A stretch of DNA of 64,000 bases from Tubiluchus corallicola (Eukaryota > Animalia > Priapulida). Location: positions 1,736,001 through 1,800,000 of the forward strand of contig JAQGDQ010000002.1 of assembly GCA_030141605.1 (NCBI GenBank). Reading direction: 5' to 3'. The position numbers and the translations under genes were made by a program. The notes under the pieces are model-generated. The model did not search any database, was not told the DNA's origin, and saw only the letters and a list, made by a program, of their open reading frames with translations. Of the stretch, positions 58,635 to 64,000 are shown piece after piece. Each line of letters starts with the position of its first letter. The stretch's first letter is position 1.

Positions 58635-59561
58635 TAGTGATGGGCCGATCAATATTTCTAGATAATGAATCTTTGCTCAATGATACTGATCGATCACAAA
58701 ATCGGGTGAAATAAATATTATTGCTACAAAAGTGAATTTTAAACTGAGGTGTTTTATCAGTTATTTTACATAACAAAATATATTAGCCATAAAACTTCAA
58801 TTATGAAACTTCATTCATTCTATAATTGTTAAGTTGATTTTCAGGACTTTATTAATTTTATTATTAAGGAAAAATAAAAAGCAAATGTAACAATGGAACT
58901 TGTAGCATTTCTTTCGTCATTTTTACAAATAGTGGAAAATTACCAAACTACAGACAATGCATAAAACCGTGGCTAATCCAGCTGAAACATGTCAAGTGGC
59001 AATAAATCAATGATGAAGCCTAAAAAACTGAAATATAGGATTTAATGTAACCCAGGTTCTACTTTAGCTAGATGACTACAGCCTAGTGAGCCTTCACCAA
59101 AACAGCAACAAGGGACGACCAAGTAATGTGCAAGAACTTGAAAAAAAATCAGATGGAACAGAAACCCTCATAGTTACCCGAGAAAAAATAATAAAAACTG
59201 ATATCACACACTATAAACCATGTCGCAAACCAACACAATGAAAATTAGCAGTGCACCAATATGGCTTAAATGATCAAAACTCAGCACAGGAGCGAAATGC
59301 TTATCTACTGCGTGTGTATTGCCAGTGCCTTTTGAGTATGGGATCTGACCGAGAAAGCAAATGAGCGAAACATGATTGCCACACGTAAATCAAAAATCAT
59401 AACTTTATCATGTAAATAATTTTATTGTAACAATATGCTAAATATTTCAGAATCTTTGCTGTAAATTTTATTTATATTTGTCACTGATCAACGATGACAA
59501 CCGAACACTGCTGTTTGTTCACCCATAGCCGACCACTGAGAATTGGCTCGGCCCATCACTA
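58635..59561. mobile_element. hAT-type MITE, 927 bp, intact ends
   Basis: Perfect 14-bp TIRs tagtgatgggccga / tcggcccatcacta and perfect 8-bp TSD cttcaaac (58627-58634, 59562-59569). Confidence 0.92.
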
Positions 59562-59911
59562 CTTCAAACATTCCACGAATTACTATCTTCTAACTGTAAC
59601 AATTATTTACAAATCATAAAAAATAAATGAAGGTGTGAGAACTACACAAGGCATATATGCAAATAGAAGCCAACATGGTGAATGAAAATAAATGATCTGT
59701 CATCAAAATTTCATTGAATATGTCGAAAGACAACAAAATGTGTGACTGCTTAATGAAAAAAGAAACGCCACTGACAAAGCACATGTAGTGTTTATGAGAT
59801 GCCTGATTTTAATAGTCAATGCAAGCCAATAGTCATATGTGACCAGCAACACAACTTAAAGTTCTCATTCCCACAGATATGCAGCTTAGTTCTAGGCAGC
59901 TTTACACTTCA

Positions 59912-62902
59912 TTATGTGTGTCGTTCAGTCCAAAGATGCTGAAGAGAATTTAAAGCATCAGCACTTGCTTTAATTAATTGACAAAGTCTAATACTTTCTT
60001 CTACTGATCTAGAGTTTGACAATTCCGCAGTAGCCCACTGGAGTTTATCTTGAACAACGCGACTGGAGTGAGCTAATGGCATGGGTGTACCACTTCTGGC
60101 ACACAATGGAACGTTCACAGTAGAAGAATGCGGCAAGGACACTACTGGTTGATCACTTGCGTTCAAAGAATCCACTTCATCAACTGTTGAGGTTGAAACT
60201 CTTTGTGTGGATTTCAAATCTCGCGAAGAAGGTTGTTCCAAGAACGAATGTTCCCTTACCTGAGACAGTGCTGCTTCGTCATTACATTCTGAAATTTCCA
60301 AACAAAGTTTTAAAGGAACTTTCTAAGACTTTGAATATGCTATACAAAAATAAAATAGTTTGGCTGAGACCACTGCTCAAAATAAATATACAAACTGAAT
60401 TGTAAGGATACGCACAATCGAGAGACAGTACTCAGATTTATTTTGAATGTCCTGACTACATGATGTTTCATTAAAAAGGTTGGATTGACTAACCTAATTG
60501 CAGGAATGAACAATAAAATGTTTTTCTTAAATAAAGGTAATCCATCAAAACAATTAAGTTTAGCTCAATCTAATTTATTCACCTGCTTTTTTAATGTGTT
60601 ACAGTGTTACTTTAATGGAAACACCTCATACATACGATACGTGTCACTTGAATGTTTAGTCCAATCCTTAATTTGTAGTCTAATCTTAACGTAATCCATA
60701 AATCTTAATGAATAATAAGTAAGTATGTGGTTAAAAATACGAAAAAAAAACGGTATGAAATTGCTATTTCACAAGTAAATTTTTGAGAATATTTAAAGTG
60801 CTTAAAAATTGAAAGTAATGCTTCCACCATAATATGTCATCAGCATCAAGGACATCACAAATAGACAACTACCTATTAGGCACAGGCATTTTTGTATTTT
60901 CAGTTTCTGAAACTTATCTCTTTCCACCTTGTGATCTATTTGACAGCTCACATTATCATAAGAGCTTTTACACGAGAAGTATGAGAACACAGTTGTCAAT
61001 GATGATTTAAGAGACTTCAGACAATTTTTTAATTGATGCTTTGCTAAATGCAAATACGGGATTACTTTTGTCACTCTAGAAAAAATAAGCAATGCCAATC
61101 TGATAGACCGTACTAATTGGTCAGATCAAAGAAGCTTGAATTCTTGCATTTATATCCAAATAAAGAAATCATCAAGAAAGAAAGAAAGATCCATTTATGA
61201 TGATGAAAAATATCTACCCGATTCTCGGTAAAATCGACTTTTATAATTAAGCTGGGACACAATAATAGTGCACTTCTTTGCCAATAGAGGTCGCCATATG
61301 CTTAAGACAGTTATTAAAACATAAAATCGATCAATAGAAATTTTAGCAATTAACAATTATGCAATTTAGCAATTAACTCCATCTTAAAATTTTAATTTGC
61401 AGCAGAATTTACTAGACAGCACTAAATAAACTAAATAATACACTGGGTTACTTAACAATTGCCAAGTTTTTGAAATTTAGCGTAACAGGCTAATACACAT
61501 TATAAGATTGTGCTTATTTTACAAGTCTGTACAAGGTCAGCTTTTCACCTAGTACATTTTACCTGGTTTATCTTTGGCACACTCAGCATCCAGTTCCCGA
61601 CAAGCTATGCAATAATCATGACCTTCTTTGTCTCTTAACAGTATTGTCTGCAAACACACAATCTTAAATAAACGTAAGGGAAAAGTAAAATGCTAAAAAT
61701 TTAAGAAGAGAAATTTCTGTATAGGTTTTTTACACAGCTTACTTGAGAAAGCAATTATGTAACTACAACACATTCAAAATCATTTCGAAGAAGATAATCC
61801 TGTGCAACAATTACTGGGAAGCATTTATGGTCACATTAGCATGATTACTATAAAAACGTTTTTCTATAAGCTAAGACAAGTTCTATGATATACTTTTCCA
61901 GTAAAGAAGCCAGTGTAGTATGCTGTATGAATTTAACAGAAGACCTATGATATATAATAGATTATTTCCTTCAAGACAGCAAGACAGTTGCACAAATGTT
62001 TTACACGCTCAACTCAACTTAAGATCGCTCTGGCATCTCTGTAACGGTTTTTGCCATGTTTAGGCTGAAAGAATGCTTTCTCGTTGTCTATGAAATGATA
62101 AGCCCACAAGATTGTTTGCTACCCATGCAGCCACGAAGACTGCCATGAAAATGCATAGTCACTCACCAGCTTGCTATGCGTGAAGAGTTAAAAGACAAGA
62201 AAACTCTCCCATGACAATAATGCAAGTATCATAACTTTGTACAGAAAGTTTTTGACACACTCTTTAAAATTCTTTTCTTCCCTTTTAACTATGGGAAATT
62301 CTTGCACAATGACTTCATGATTTTCACTTAAACTCATAACGTGAAAGAGTATTTCAGGGAGTATCCATGCATCACGTAGCTAGAACGTATCAACGTGGCA
62401 GATTACCAATCAGAATTATATTTTCAATGATTTTATTTTATGGCAGATAAATTTTGCAGAATTCTATAGTAAGACTTCTTCTTAACACATTCTAGTGAGT
62501 GGTTTTAAGCTATATCACACAGTGAAAGATAGCTATTACTAATGACAGGTGAAAAGTTTATTGCATGAGACGAGAGAACTTTCAACAGAATTCTAGCTTC
62601 TACCCCATCAACACCAGCACCCCCATTAACAGAGCTCTGTTAGCTAAAAAATTAGCATGTCTGATTGTATGTAAAACTAAACAGGTGTCTTCGTGAACCA
62701 TTATTGGTGTTAAAATAATTTGTCACACTTTTCTCACTCTAGAGCAACTTACAGCGCAAATCGAACAGCAAGTGCCAAGCATTTTATAACCTTTCAGTAG
62801 ATATTCTGCCATACGCTTGCTAATCTGATCACTGCGTTCACGTCGGGCTTGTATCAGTTTTAACTCAGCGTCTGTTGGTGGCTGCCATTCATCGTCACCC
62901 AT
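59912..62902 (-). CDS. ZNRD2: Zinc ribbon domain protein 2 (Sjogren syndrome/scleroderma autoantigen 1), 203 aa from ATG 62902
   Basis: Exons 62902-62753, 61647-61563 and 60288-59912 are GT-AG and in phase: MGDDEWQPPTDAELKLIQARRERSDQISKRMAEYLLKGYKMLGTCCSICA TILLRDKEGHDYCIACRELDAECAKDKP ECNDEAALSQVREH...KLQWATAELSNSRSVEESIRLCQLIKASADALNSL. Two CxxC pairs. An acceptor at 62914 implies a further upstream exon, probably outside the window. Confidence 0.93.
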
Positions 62903-62949
62903 TGTTTGCCTTTCTGTAACGAAGAAATATACTCATAATAGATTACAAT

Positions 62950-63010
62950 CAGGGCCGGATTAAGAACTTTTGGAGCCCATAAGCTAATGATATTAAGGGG
63001 CCCCTAAGAC
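62950..63010. mobile_element. Left end of a hAT-like MITE (other end not seen)
   Basis: cagggccggattaag... terminus with ggagccc/ggggcccc subterminal motifs, similar in style to the 2212-2662 element. Confidence 0.4.
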
Positions 63011-63785
63011 AAAGCCACCCTTTAACTTGTCCGTACCGTCTTGAATATTTTTTACTTGGGGTATATTTTAGCAACATTTACATAGTAAAGTCTTTCAATA
63101 CTGTAGGACCATCCTGCCCTGATTACAATACATTCTTACTGTATATTTTAGTCTAAGTGTGACTGCTGTAGGTGAATATTCCGAATGTTTTAATTTCGTT
63201 CTTGTTTTCACATAGTAATTTGTGTGTGTGTTATCAAGAATCACTCCCACTTTTAATAGCCGCAAACACTTTCAAACTATTTTCTACATAAAAAAAAATC
63301 ATGGATATTAATGGATATACTAATTTTTTGGAGTTTTGTTTGTACAGTTAACACATAAAGATGTTACACTTAAAAAATGATACAGTCAAATGGAAAAAAC
63401 ACAGCAGCACAGCAAGCAGGAACAGAGAAACAGCAATGCAGAAACATAGAATAGAATGCAAAATCTATAGAGATACACAGATAGTGGATTTGCGGCAACA
63501 GCACTAGTTTTGTGGCTCGTGAATTTTTAATACCTAAATTTGCAGATTTTATTTGAAATTGCAGCATGCATGTAAGGTCAGATTTTCAATTGTTTGCAGA
63601 AAAAGTTTACAAAATACCATTTTTTGTTTTCTGATGACACGGTTTGTGATGTGGTGTGACATCATGTGGTTGGCATAGCATTGTATGATGCAAGCATGTA
63701 CTTCTTCGTGACAATATGTTAACTTCATCAAAATGAGGGCTCTAACACAAGGCTGTGCTCTCAACTTGTGAATGTCATGCTACTG

Positions 63786-64000
63786 CAGGGGTGTGCAAAC
63801 TGCGGCCCGCGGGCCGCTTGCGGCCCGCTGACAGATCTTGTGCGGCCCGCGAAGAGGTTTGTCAACCTAATGAAAGTGCGGCCCGGGCGATGAATTGAGT
63901 CGCAAGTATTAGGAAGATGTTTCTAACTAAAGTCCATGCCATGATCGGGTTTAATGATCGCAGTTCTAATGGTGAACTCTTACGAGACGATTGACACTGT
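63786..64000. mobile_element. Left end of a Charlie-like hAT element running off the window
   Basis: caggggtgtgcaaactgcggcccgcgggccgcttgcggcccgc... with repeated gcggcccgc subterminal motifs. Confidence 0.7.

Overview
AT-rich animal (probably invertebrate) nuclear DNA with spliceosomal introns, so most short ORFs in the supplied track are spurious. I assembled four conserved genes by hand. CWC22 (+, 6326-8845) has its whole CDS in one exon. A HINT2-like histidine-triad gene lies on - (10625-15537, 4 coding exons plus an unresolved 5' end). DENND5/Rab6IP1 (+, 17435-44805) has 27 core exons, about 1327 aa and two GC-AG introns. ZNRD2/SSSCA1 lies on - (59912-62902, 3 exons). The ORF track shows only the middle exon of a spliced 128-aa orphan gene at 53100-55659 (+), which encodes an acidic, dileucine-motif, tail-anchored membrane protein with a VAMP4-like layout but no full SNARE motif. 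A 5.7-kb DENND5 intron inside the first RUN domain holds a cluster of candidate alternative exons. Introns and intergenic DNA contain hAT- and Tc1/pogo-type MITEs with visible TIRs/TSDs, a non-autonomous Helitron, two decayed LINE fragments, foldback repeats and microsatellites. All family assignments come from recognising sequence by eye; no searches were run.
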